From: Dehalococcoidia bacterium
Lineage (GTDB): Bacteria > Chloroflexota > Dehalococcoidia > Dehalococcoidales > RBG-16-60-22
Direction of reading: 5' to 3'
Length of the DNA stretch: 24,684 bases
NCBI GenBank assembly: GCA_050123255.1
Contig: JASFHJ010000001.1
Span: 1 to 24,684, forward strand
Shown: piece by piece, positions 1-8,122 of the stretch
Position numbering within the stretch: the first letter of the stretch is position 1
How the letters are laid out: the number at the start of each line of letters is the position of its first letter
Notes under the pieces: model-generated
The model's input: the letters and a program-made list of their open reading frames with translations, nothing else
Database searches by the model: none
Told to the model about the DNA's origin: nothing
Translations under genes and position numbers: made by a program

Positions 1-2
1 GC

Positions 3-296
3 GCGCATCCGTTCATTAATGCCGGCGAATGGATGAAATCGGTAGATGGCGTCAACCGCATGACGGAGAAGGACTCTACCGCTACTGTGACCACCGACGA
101 ATGGACGCTGCTCTATAACACCGAGCCGGGCATGTCCGAGCTTTATAACTTGAAGTCCGACCCTAGGCAGGAGAAGAACCTGATCAAGGAGCAGCCGGAC
201 AAGGCACACGAGTTACACCAGCTTTTGGTCGAATACATGCGGGAAACCAATCTGGCGGAGCATCTACTCCAGCCGAGACTGGAATTAAGATTATAG
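3..296 (+). CDS. Sulfatase-family protein, C-terminal fragment (5'-truncated by window edge)
   Basis: Frame is open from base 3 (AHPFINAGEW then MKSVDG...). ELYNLKSDPRQEKNL matches the ELYDLxxDPxExxNL tail typical of sulfatases. The catalytic N-terminus is not visible. Confidence 0.6.
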   Translation, partial: AHPFINAGEWMKSVDGVNRMTEKDSTATVTTDEWTLLYNTEPGMSELYNLKSDPRQEKNLIKEQPDKAHELHQLLVEYMRETNLAEHLLQPRLELRL

Positions 297-326
297 GGCA
301 GGGTATTTATAAAATCTATCGAACTC

Positions 327-350
327 TTGCGTAATTGCGCAAATGAGGAA
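327..350. repeat. 8-bp-period array, copy 1 (TTGCGTAA TTGCGCAA ATGAGGAA)
   Basis: Contains the exact 13-mer CGTAATTGCGCAA (330-342), also present at 1626-1638 and 10517-10529. Confidence 0.85.
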
Positions 351-437
351 GTTGTTGGCTGCGTCGGGAAGGAGCATAATTGATAATTACCGCGGGGAAT
401 TGCTAATATAAAGAAACTTTTATTGAAGGAGTATACT

Positions 438-1100
438 ATGGACGTTGAAAAATTGGAAGCAAGGGTTAAGTATCTTGAAGACAGGCTGCAAAAGGTCGAT
501 GATATTGAGGCGATAAAGAAACTCCAGAGGGCCTACGGATATTATCTGGAGCACTGGTGCGTCGAGGATATACTGAGCCTGTTTTCCCAGAGCCCCGAGG
601 TGGTGGTAAAAGTGCATGCAGGCGAGTTCCGTGGATGGAAGAGTGTCAGAAGATTCTTCCTCCACGGCAAAGAAGATATCGATCCCAGTACGGTAAAACA
701 TCCTCCGACATTCCTACACCAGGTGATGCAGCTTTCCCCCATCATCGATGTTGCTCCCGATGGCAAACGGGCCTGGGGAAGGTGGTATGGGTTCGGGGCC
801 AACGCTATGGACGTTCCGGGAGGCGGCATCGCCCCGGGATGGATGGACGGCGTTTATGAAAACGAATATATCAAAGAGGACGGCGTGTGGAAGTTTTTGA
901 AGTTCTACTGGTACATGTTCTTCCACGCTCCTTACACGCTGAGCTGGGTGGATCCTGAAAAACGGATCGATCTCCAGATGGAGCCGGACTTCAGCTCTTT
1001 AAGTCCGGACGGCCCCTCCGACGATACTTTCTACCCGTCCGGTTTCCAGGCACCGTTTCATTATCCCAATCCCGTTACGGGTAAGGAATACAAGAAGTAA
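438..1100 (+). CDS. SnoaL-like / NTF2-family protein (LinA/BaiE-type fold)
   Basis: AAGGAG at 426-431 precedes ATG 438, preferred over TTG 423. Motifs DIEAIKKLQRAYGYYL, IIDVAPDGKRAWGRW and GVYENEYIKEDGVWKF are typical of SnoaL_4 proteins. Confidence 0.8.
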   Translation: MDVEKLEARVKYLEDRLQKVDDIEAIKKLQRAYGYYLEHWCVEDILSLFSQSPEVVVKVHAGEFRGWKSVRRFFLHGKEDIDPSTVKHPPTFLHQVMQLSPIIDVAPDGKRAWGRWYGFGANAMDVPGGGIAPGWMDGVYENEYIKEDGVWKFLKFYWYMFFHAPYTLSWVDPEKRIDLQMEPDFSSLSPDGPSDDTFYPSGFQAPFHYPNPVTGKEYKK

Positions 1101-1171
1101 TTCGATACTGCCGCCTGTAAGACCGGTAAAGAACTGCTTCTTATCCCCGGCGTGACCGGTATACCCCATGT

Positions 1172-1212
1172 TTCCCCCTCTCCTGACGAGGCGTTCCGCA
1201 GGAGAGGGGGAA
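1172..1212. terminator. Perfect 14-bp stem hairpin (terminator or REP-like palindrome)
   Basis: TTCCCCCTCTCCTG (1172-1185) and CAGGAGAGGGGGAA (1199-1212) with a 13-nt loop, followed by GTGTTTTTT. Confidence 0.7.
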
Positions 1213-1310
1213 GTGTTTTTTAGAGATGCGCCAGCCCCTCTACGCAGGCTACTCCCTAGAACGCTGGGTGGGAATAGATATATAAAGTAGGGGTGGGGTA
1301 AATTGGTAAA

Positions 1311-1339
1311 TTGACAATTTTCGAATAAGAGACTAAATT
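1311..1339 (+). promoter_or_regulatory. Sigma70-type promoter for the zinc-finger gene
   Basis: TTGACA (1311-1316), 17 nt, TAAATT (1334-1339). GGAGG SD at 1362-1366 before ATG 1376. Confidence 0.65.
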
Positions 1340-1375
1340 GTTGATATGTTTATGTAAGGTTGGAGGTGGATCATA

Positions 1376-1588
1376 ATGGCTCATCAAGAAAGGTGCTTGA
1401 GTTGTAATGGTCATGGGTATTACATCTGTAAACGTTGTGATGGCAAAGGTAAAGTGAAATTACCTCCACGACCTTTCGCCGTTATGTTTGGACCATACTC
1501 TGAAGAGTGCGATGATTGCGGGGGCAGTGGGAAACTAATATGTGAAATTTGTGAAGGCACAGGTATTATTATTGTTTCTGATTCCTAA
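1376..1588 (+). CDS. Stand-alone DnaJ-type cysteine-rich zinc-finger protein (4x CxxCxGxG), 70 aa
   Basis: Motifs CLSCNGHG, CKRCDGKG, CDDCGGSG and CEICEGTG. Has its own promoter, SD and downstream hairpin. Confidence 0.8.
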   Translation: MAHQERCLSCNGHGYYICKRCDGKGKVKLPPRPFAVMFGPYSEECDDCGGSGKLICEICEGTGIIIVSDS

Positions 1589-1593
1589 AGGAT

Positions 1594-1614
1594 GAGGGGG
1601 CATTTCGCCCCCTC
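1594..1614. terminator. Hairpin between the convergent zinc-finger gene and dnaK (likely bidirectional terminator)
   Basis: GAGGGGGC-ATTTC-GCCCCCTC, followed by TTT and preceded by AAAG. Confidence 0.7.
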
Positions 1615-1622
1615 TTTAGTAT

Positions 1623-1646
1623 ATACGTAATTGCGCAAGTGCGCAG
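1623..1646. repeat. 8-bp-period array, copy 2 (ATACGTAA TTGCGCAA GTGCGCAG)
   Basis: Exact CGTAATTGCGCAA at 1626-1638, just past the dnaK stop codon. Confidence 0.85.
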
Positions 1647-1649
1647 ATG

Positions 1650-3560
1650 CTACACTTCCCTGAATTCACCCTCTACGGTGCCTTCGTCATCGTCGCTCTT
1701 GGGTTCCTCTCCGCCTTCGGGTGGTGGAGGGGGTGCTTCTCCGCCCGGCGGTGGCTGCTGTGCCTGGTAGACCGCCTGGCCTATCTTCTGCATCGTCTCG
1801 TTGAGCTCTTCGGTGGCTTTCTTGATGGCGTCGGTATCGTCACCGTTTAAAGTGTTCTTCAACGCTGTTATTTTCTCCTCGGCTTCGGTGTTCAGGTCCA
1901 CCGGTACTTTGTCTTTATTATCGCGTAAGAGCTTCTCAGCCTGGTAAGCCAGCGAGTCGCCCATGTTCTTGGCTTCAATTTCCTCGCGGCGCTTGGTATC
2001 CTCGGAAGCGTGCACTTCCGCCTCTTTCTGCATCTTATCAACTTCTTCCTTGGAAAGTCCGCTGGAGGCCGTGATGGTTATTTTCTGCTCCTTGCCGGTG
2101 CCCTTGTCCTGGGCCCTGACGTTCAATATGCCGTTGGCGTCGATATCGAAGGTGACTTCAATTTGGGGCATGCCCCGCGGCGCGGGCAGAATACCGTCGA
2201 GCATGAACCTGCCGAGGGTGCGGTTGTCGGCCGCCATGGGACGCTCGCCCTGGAGCACGTGGATTTCCACGCTCGGCTGGTTGTCCGCCGCCGTCGAGAA
2301 TATCTGGCTCTTGGCGGTAGGAATGGTGGTATTACGCGGGATAAGCGGGGTGGCCACGCCGCCGAGTGTCTCGATGCCCAGCGTCAGCGGGGTAACATCG
2401 AGCAGCAGTACGTCCTTGACATCACCCTTGAGTACGCCGGCCTGGATGGCGGCGCCGATAGCGACCACTTCGTCGGGATTGACGCCCTTGTGGGGCTCCT
2501 TCCCGAAGTATTCCTGTACTTTCTTCTGTACCAGCGGCATGCGTGTCTGGCCGCCTACCAGGATTACTTCGTCAATCTGGGCGGCTGTTTTCTCAGCGTC
2601 GGTAAGGGCCTGTTTGCACGGTTCTATCGTCTTATCTACCAGGTCCATTACCAGCTGCTCCAGCTTGGAGCGTGACAGCGTGATATTCAGGTGCTTGGGG
2701 CCGCTGGCGTCGGCCGTCACGAACGGCAGATTGACCTCGGTCTGCTGGACGGTGGAAAGCTCCGTCTTGGCTTTCTCGGCGGCTTCCTTGAGTCGCTGTA
2801 AAGCCATCTTGTCCTGGCTGAGGTCGATTCCCTGGTCCTTCTTGAACTCCTCGCAGAGCCATTCAATAATGCGCTGATCGAAGTCGTCGCCGCCCAGGTG
2901 CGTATCGCCGTTGGTCGACTCTACTTTAAAGGTACCTTCGCCGAGTTCCAGGATGGAAATATCGAAAGTGCCGCCGCCGAGATCGTATACGGCGATGGTC
3001 TCGTCGTTCTTTTTATCCAGTCCGTAAGCCAGCGAGGCTGCCGTGGGCTCGTTGACGATGCGTAATACTTCCAGACCGGCAATCTTGCCGGCATCCTTGG
3101 TCGCCTGGCGCTGGCTGTCGTTAAAATACGCCGGTACGGTTATGACAGCTTCGGAGACCTTCTCGCCGAGATAAGCCTCGGCGTCCATCTTGAGTTTCTG
3201 CAGAATCATCGCCGAAATCTCCGGCGGACTGTATTCCTTGTCCCCCATTTTTACGTTGGCGTCGCCGTTGGCTGCCTTGGTTATCTGGTAGGGGAGTAGT
3301 TTTCTATCGATTTCGGCGCTGGGTTCATCGTATTTACGTCCCATCAACCGCTTAATACTGAAAATCGTGTTATCGGGATTGGTCACGGCCTGCCGCTTGG
3401 CGACCTGCCCTACCAGGCGTTCGCCGGCTTTGTTAACCGCTACTATCGACGGCGTGGTGCGCCCGCCCTCGGCATTGGGAATTATTACCGGTTCGCCAGC
3501 TTCCATGACGGCTACCGCCGAGTTGGTTGTTCCCAGGTCTATTCCGATTACTTTTGCCAT
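1650..3560 (-). CDS. dnaK: Molecular chaperone DnaK (Hsp70), 636 aa
   Basis: Motifs [25 protein letters not shown] and [16 protein letters not shown] at 3575-3570 precedes ATG 3560 (MAKVIG), so the ORF-track start at 3593 is too early. Confidence 0.99.
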   Translation of the reverse strand: MAKVIGIDLGTTNSAVAVMEAGEPVIIPNAEGGRTTPSIVAVNKAGERLVGQVAKRQAVTNPDNTIFSIKRLMGRKYDEPSAEIDRKLLPYQITKAANGDANVKMGDKEYSPPEISAMILQKLKMDAEAYLGEKVSEAVITVPAYFNDSQRQATKDAGKIAGLEVLRIVNEPTAASLAYGLDKKNDETIAVYDLGGGTFDISILELGEGTFKVESTNGDTHLGGDDFDQRIIEWLCEEFKKDQGIDLSQDKMALQRLKEAAEKAKTELSTVQQTEVNLPFVTADASGPKHLNITLSRSKLEQLVMDLVDKTIEPCKQALTDAEKTAAQIDEVILVGGQTRMPLVQKKVQEYFGKEPHKGVNPDEVVAIGAAIQAGVLKGDVKDVLLLDVTPLTLGIETLGGVATPLIPRNTTIPTAKSQIFSTAADNQPSVEIHVLQGERPMAADNRTLGRFMLDGILPAPRGMPQIEVTFDIDANGILNVRAQDKGTGKEQKITITASSGLSKEEVDKMQKEAEVHASEDTKRREEIEAKNMGDSLAYQAEKLLRDNKDKVPVDLNTEAEEKITALKNTLNGDDTDAIKKATEELNETMQKIGQAVYQAQQPPPGGEAPPPPPEGGEEPKSDDDEGTVEGEFREV

Positions 3561-3561
3561 G

Positions 3562-4110
3562 TTAGTTTTCCTCCTTTGCTTCCTCTTCTCCATTGCCGAC
3601 GACTACCTTAGCCGGGCGTATCACTCTCTCGCCCATCATGTAGCCGCGCTGGAATTCGTCTAAAATAATGCCCTCTTCGCCTTTATCCTGCCGGAGGGCT
3701 TCGTGAATATTAGGGTCGAAGACCTCACCCACCGATATCATGGGTATCACGCCCTGTCCCTGTAGAATGGTCTTGAATTTTTGTTCAACCAGCTTGATTC
3801 CTTCTCCCCATTCGCTCCCGGCTATCTTGTCCGGCATCGCTTCGATAGCCCTTTCCAGGTCGTCGAGGACCGGCAATATGTTGAGAATCAGGCTGGTATT
3901 GGCGTAGCTGTTGAACTCGCTCCGCTCCTGCTCGACCCGGCGTTTATAGTTGATAAAGTCGGCCTGAGCCCGTTGCCAGCTTGCCAGGTATTCGGCGGCT
4001 TTCTGCTTCTCCGCCTCAAGTTGCTCTTCGAGGTTGCCGGAGCCGCCTATTTCTTCCGATTCGTTCTCGGGTTCGATATTCTCATTTTCCTGTGGATCTT
4101 TTGGTATCAT
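3562..4110 (-). CDS. grpE: Nucleotide exchange factor GrpE
   Basis: Motifs [31 protein letters not shown] and [16 protein letters not shown]. Lies between hrcA and dnaK. Confidence 0.97.
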   Translation of the reverse strand: MIPKDPQENENIEPENESEEIGGSGNLEEQLEAEKQKAAEYLASWQRAQADFINYKRRVEQERSEFNSYANTSLILNILPVLDDLERAIEAMPDKIAGSEWGEGIKLVEQKFKTILQGQGVIPMISVGEVFDPNIHEALRQDKGEEGIILDEFQRGYMMGERVIRPAKVVVGNGEEEAKEEN

Positions 4111-4125
4111 AGTTCGGTATCCGCT

Positions 4126-5169
4126 TTAGCTGTCTTGTTCTTCCGGGCTGATATCCCTGCCGTACAGGCTGGCTACCAGCTGACTCAACACCGAGGAAAG
4201 GTAGTGCACGGTGGGAATCGTGCGTGAATACTGCATCCGAGTCGGTCCCACCACTCCGATGGTACCGGTAGCTTCTTCCGGGAGTCCGTACCGGCACAGG
4301 ACGACGCTGCAATTCTGTATGGCTTTGTCCTTATTTTCTTTGCCGATGATGACGTGGACGCCTTCACGACTAAGTTCAGCCGGGAGTAATACTTTCAGCA
4401 GGCTGCGCTGTTCTGTCAGTTCCATAAGGGCGCTGACCTGGTCGCTGTGGGAAAATTCCGGCTGGTTGAACATGAAATGCCAGCCATCCAGGTAGGGATC
4501 GCCGTAGTCCTGCTGGTCTTCGGCTCGCATGATACTCACCAGGTGGTCGGTTATTTCTTTCTCAAGCTCGGATAACTCAATTTCTTTCTTCGATATCTGC
4601 CGCGCCGTAAGGTCGGCGTAAGCTGTGTTCAGCTTTTCACTGGTAACGGTCAGCGTCGATTGGCTGACGTTATCGCCGAAGGCAATCAGCTTCTGCCTGA
4701 CTTTAGCTCCGTGTAACACGATAACCGCCAGCGCCATCGATTCCTGCAGCGAGAGCAGTTCCAGGTGTTTCAGCTTGCCGTCCGTCGATTTGGGGAGGCT
4801 GACCACGGCCACGTTCTGTGCCAGCCGTGCCAGGAGTGTCGCCGAAAGGCTCAACCACGCTTCGATTTCCCTCTCCGCCTGGTGGAAGGTGTGACTTATT
4901 AAACGCTGCTCTTCCCGCGGCAGGGTCAGGGTATAGATGGACTCTACGTAGTGCCGGTAGCCTTTGTCCGATGGTACGCAACCGGCCGACGTATGCGGAC
5001 GGATAAGATACCCCTCCTGCTCAAGCTGCGCCATCTCGTTGCGGATTGTTGCCGGGCTAACGTCGAGCCCGGAGTGCTTCGCGATTACCTGCGAAGGCAC
5101 CGGTGCGGCCCGGACGATATATTCCCTGATGATGGTGTTCAGGATTTTTCCGCTTCTTTCAGTCAGCAT
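4126..5169 (-). CDS. hrcA: Heat-inducible transcription repressor HrcA
   Basis: Motifs SPATIRNEMAQLEQEGYL, PHTSAG, and C-terminal GTIGVVGPTRMQY. First gene of the hrcA-grpE-dnaK operon, with a CIRCE upstream. Confidence 0.97.
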   Translation of the reverse strand: MLTERSGKILNTIIREYIVRAAPVPSQVIAKHSGLDVSPATIRNEMAQLEQEGYLIRPHTSAGCVPSDKGYRHYVESIYTLTLPREEQRLISHTFHQAEREIEAWLSLSATLLARLAQNVAVVSLPKSTDGKLKHLELLSLQESMALAVIVLHGAKVRQKLIAFGDNVSQSTLTVTSEKLNTAYADLTARQISKKEIELSELEKEITDHLVSIMRAEDQQDYGDPYLDGWHFMFNQPEFSHSDQVSALMELTEQRSLLKVLLPAELSREGVHVIIGKENKDKAIQNCSVVLCRYGLPEEATGTIGVVGPTRMQYSRTIPTVHYLSSVLSQLVASLYGRDISPEEQDS

Positions 5170-5180
5170 TTTACACTCCG

Positions 5181-5207
5181 TTAGCAGTCTCCCCCTTAGA
5201 CTGCTAA
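5181..5207. promoter_or_regulatory. CIRCE element (HrcA operator), symmetric variant
   Basis: TTAGCAGTC-N9-GACTGCTAA, a perfect inverted repeat 11 nt upstream of the hrcA ATG. Consensus is TTAGCACTC-N9-GAGTGCTAA. Confidence 0.93.
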
Positions 5208-5212
5208 TTAAT

Positions 5213-5242
5213 AATTTAGCATTTTACGGTAGGCTTTGTCAA
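5213..5242 (-). promoter_or_regulatory. Promoter of the hrcA-grpE-dnaK operon
   Basis: On the minus strand: TTGACA, 18 nt, (TGC)TAAATT, directly upstream of the CIRCE. Confidence 0.6.
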
Positions 5243-5270
5243 GGGTATTTATATCATTTTTCACGCTTTC

Positions 5271-5299
5271 TTGACCGTCTATCACGGCTATGTTAAATT
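5271..5299 (+). promoter_or_regulatory. Promoter of the MBL hydrolase (probably leaderless)
   Basis: TTGACC, 17 nt, (TGT)TAAATT. The GTG start lies 7 nt after the -10 and there is no SD. Confidence 0.55.
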
Positions 5300-5305
5300 A
5301 ATAGT

Positions 5306-5938
5306 GTGGATATTACCTGGTTAGGTCATTCTTGCTTCCGGATCAAAGGCAGTCAGGCCGTTATTATCACCGATCCCTTTCCCCCGGATTTAGGCTATAC
5401 GCTGGGGAAGCAGACTGCCGATATCGTTACGGTCAGCCATCAGCACCCCTCTCACTCCTACGTGGAGGGTATCGGTGGCGAGTACCACGTGGTCAACGGT
5501 CCCGGGGAGTACGAAATCAGCGGTGTATTAATTATCGGGGTTGCCACCTTCCATGATACCCAGCGGGGACAGGTTCGGGGGAAGAACACGGCTTACGTGA
5601 TGGAAATCGATGGCATATCGGTCTGTCATCTGGGAGACCTCGGGCATGTTCCCACTTCCGAGCAACTGGAAGAGATGGGTAATATCGATATGCTGCTGCT
5701 GCCGGTGGGCGGGGGTTCGACGATTAGCGCCGCTATTTCCGCCGAGGTCATACGGCAGATCGAGCCCAATATCGTTATACCGATGCACTATAAAACGCCG
5801 GCAATCAAGCGCGACCTCGATACTGTTGATGTCTTTCTCAAAGAGATGGGAAGGGGACAGGTAGAGCCGCGCCCCAGGCTGAATGTGTCCAAGTCAAACC
5901 TACCGATCAGCACCGAGATAATCGTACTTACTGCCTGA
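5306..5938 (+). CDS. MBL-fold metallo-hydrolase (short, ~210 aa type)
   Basis: Motifs WLGHSCF, TDPF, SHQHPSH (HxHxDH with D to S), HLGDLGH, LPVGG and IPMHY. Confidence 0.88.
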   Translation: MDITWLGHSCFRIKGSQAVIITDPFPPDLGYTLGKQTADIVTVSHQHPSHSYVEGIGGEYHVVNGPGEYEISGVLIIGVATFHDTQRGQVRGKNTAYVMEIDGISVCHLGDLGHVPTSEQLEEMGNIDMLLLPVGGGSTISAAISAEVIRQIEPNIVIPMHYKTPAIKRDLDTVDVFLKEMGRGQVEPRPRLNVSKSNLPISTEIIVLTA

Positions 5939-5967
5939 TACCGTTAACCGTTTCAACGTGTTCTCGG

Positions 5968-6699
5968 TTATCCCTCCAAAAACTCCCGCAGGTGTTTATT
6001 GAATTCGTTAACCGTGCGCCCGTGCGGGGCATGACCGAATCCCGGTATCACCGTCAGGCGCGCATCGGGTATCATTTCAGCCGCCTGTCGAGCAACAGAC
6101 AACGGTATGTAAAGGTCGTGGCGTTTCCAGATTAACAGCGTGGGGACCTTCAATTCCGGAAGTTTCTCTACGCACGCCCAGTCAGGATCGTCTCCCTCGC
6201 TTGCCAGGAAGTTGGGGTAGGGTTGGCGAATACGAAACAGCTTTCGGATTATCCAGAATCCCGTCAGGATAGCGGTGCCGAACCGTGATACTTTACCCAG
6301 ACCGGCTGCGTCCGCCAGTACCAGCTTCTTTACTCTTTCGGGATGAGCAAGAGCTATCTCCAGAACGAGCCTGCCGCCGAATGAATGACCCACCAGGAAA
6401 GAATCTTCCAGGCCGATAGCATCCATGAATCCCCGGATAAAATCTCCGAACTCGGAAAGGTAATAACCTTCGCGGTTCCTCTCGTTACGCCCGAACCCTA
6501 ATAAGTCCGGCGCATAAAGAGTGAAGCTGTCCGAGAGGGACTTCATCGTCTCCAGCCAGTCCCGGGAATCGCTGGCGCCGCCGTGCAGTAACAGGACCGG
6601 CGGTCCCGTGCCCGATTTCAGATAATGCGCCCGGTAACCGTTGATACCGGTTTCCAGGGATTCGATAGCGGATTCAGTTTCCGGAATCGTCTTTGCCAC
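5968..6699 (-). CDS. Alpha/beta hydrolase
   Basis: Motifs LLLHGG, APDLLGFG, nucleophile elbow GHSFGG and C-terminal GHAPH. GTG 6699 with GAGG 9 nt upstream is preferred over 6756. Confidence 0.88.
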   Translation of the reverse strand: MAKTIPETESAIESLETGINGYRAHYLKSGTGPPVLLLHGGASDSRDWLETMKSLSDSFTLYAPDLLGFGRNERNREGYYLSEFGDFIRGFMDAIGLEDSFLVGHSFGGRLVLEIALAHPERVKKLVLADAAGLGKVSRFGTAILTGFWIIRKLFRIRQPYPNFLASEGDDPDWACVEKLPELKVPTLLIWKRHDLYIPLSVARQAAEMIPDARLTVIPGFGHAPHGRTVNEFNKHLREFLEG

Positions 6700-7594
6700 C
6701 TGATAAAACCTCGTATTTGATGAAATTAATGAACTCTTCCAGTAAGCGGGATACAATTCTCTCCGCGCGGTATACGCAGTAAAAATCGCGTCTCAGGTTC
6801 AGTCCGGTCACGTTAACCTGCTTTACCAGTCCCAGCGTCAGACTCTTCTTGATTGCCAGATTGGAAACGAAAGCTATTCCGGCGCCGTCTTCCACCGCAG
6901 CGATTACCGCCTGGGTCGTCCCCAGGACCAGATTGGGCGTAAGTTTCCGAGCCTCAAAGCCGATACCCGATAAATGCTCCTCCAGGTTACGCTGTGTGCC
7001 GGATGTTTCCTCGCGGAAGATAACCGGCTGGTTCTCCAGTTCCGCCGGCATAATCTCGGTTCGCTGTGCCAGCGGATGCCCGGGAGGTACAATGAGGACG
7101 ATACTGTCTTCAGCTACTTTGAACACGGTTAACTCATGGCCTTCCGGGGCAATGCCGCAGAAGCCCACCTCGTACCGGTTTTCACGTGTGCCGTCGATGA
7201 CCGCCAGGGAATCCGAAACGTCTACCTGGACCTTGACGGTCGGGTGGAGTCGTTTGAACGAAGCCAGCCAGTGGGGGAGAAGAAACTCGCCGGGGATTGT
7301 GCTGGCTGCTACCAGGAGTTCCCCCGTTACGACCTCCCGTATCTGTTCTAGGTCGTACTGAAGCTGTTTGCGTTCGCTTTCGATTTGTTCCGCAAAGCGG
7401 AGAAGTCGCTTTCCGGCGGCGGTCAGGGCGATATTTCTCTGAGAGCGGTCGATTAGTCTTATGCCAAGTTCCTGTTCCAGCTTCTGTATCTGGAACGATA
7501 CGGCCGGCTGGGTTATCGTCAGCTTCCTGGCGACCTCCGAAAAGCTGCCCAGCCTGACTACTTCCATAAAAGTTATTAATTGCTCCAGGTTCAA
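6674..7594 (-). CDS. LysR-family transcriptional regulator (selenium-metabolism-associated context)
   Basis: N-terminal HTH GSFSEVARKLTITQPAVSFQIQKLEQELG and a LysR substrate-binding domain. TTG start. Divergent from yedF-selD. Confidence 0.92.
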   Translation of the reverse strand: MNLEQLITFMEVVRLGSFSEVARKLTITQPAVSFQIQKLEQELGIRLIDRSQRNIALTAAGKRLLRFAEQIESERKQLQYDLEQIREVVTGELLVAASTIPGEFLLPHWLASFKRLHPTVKVQVDVSDSLAVIDGTRENRYEVGFCGIAPEGHELTVFKVAEDSIVLIVPPGHPLAQRTEIMPAELENQPVIFREETSGTQRNLEEHLSGIGFEARKLTPNLVLGTTQAVIAAVEDGAGIAFVSNLAIKKSLTLGLVKQVNVTGLNLRRDFYCVYRAERIVSRLLEEFINFIKYEVLSGGKDDSGN

Positions 7595-7606
7595 TTAACT
7601 AATCCT

Positions 7607-7621
7607 ATAAATAATATTTAT
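7607..7621. promoter_or_regulatory. Putative LysR box (T-N11-A)
   Basis: ATAAAT-AAT-ATTTAT dyad with T7608 and A7620, between lysR and the yedF promoter. Confidence 0.55.
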
Positions 7622-7622
7622 G

Positions 7623-7651
7623 TTGCGTACAGAAAAATCTTATGTTATACT
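7623..7651 (+). promoter_or_regulatory. Promoter for yedF-selD
   Basis: TTGCGT, 17 nt, (TGT)TATACT. Confidence 0.55.
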
Positions 7652-7729
7652 CTCCTGGAATTATTTTAGATTATTGGAGTTAATTCATCAAGGAACAATA
7701 TTCCCGAGTCTTTTCGAAGGAGTTATACT

Positions 7730-8065
7730 ATGGAACCTAAAGTGATATTAATACAATCCGAGGTATTGGGCCGGGGTGACGACGAGCTTGGGATGAACCT
7801 CATGTCCAACTTTTTACGCCTGCTCGAAGAGAGTGAAGAAAAGCCGGCGCGGATACTGTTTTTGAATTCCGGCGTGCGCCTGGTGTGCGAGGGTTCCTGG
7901 GCGCTGGAGCACTTGAAAACGCTGGAAGCTGGCGGCATCGAGATACTGGCCTGCGGCACCTGCCTCGACTTCTTCGAACTCACCGACCGACTGGCGGTCG
8001 GCAAGCCGACCAATATGGTGGCGACCATTAACTCCTTGATGACCAGCCAGATGGTTTGTCTCTAG
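7730..8065 (+). CDS. yedF: YedF-like sulfurtransferase-like selenium metabolism protein (DsrE-type domain only)
   Basis: Motifs LGRGDDELGxxLMxNF, FLNSGV and ACGTCLDFF. AAGGAG SD. Directly upstream of selD. No N-terminal TusA-like domain. Confidence 0.75.
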   Translation: MEPKVILIQSEVLGRGDDELGMNLMSNFLRLLEESEEKPARILFLNSGVRLVCEGSWALEHLKTLEAGGIEILACGTCLDFFELTDRLAVGKPTNMVATINSLMTSQMVCL

Positions 8066-8122
8066 TTTACTTACTGGAACTTGCCTATTTATCGTAGTAG
8101 AATAGCCCCAAGAGGAATTAAT

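Noticed and set aside
1963-2877. Long plus-strand ORFs (1963-2877, 2010-2675) antisense to dnaK
   Set aside because: Known shadow ORFs of Hsp70 genes, often misannotated as NAD-specific glutamate dehydrogenase. They arise from dnaK codon bias and have no SD or promoter.
5440-5460. HxHxDH to HQHPSH change as a sign of pseudogenisation
   Set aside because: The frame and other metal-ligand motifs are intact. More likely a subfamily variant.
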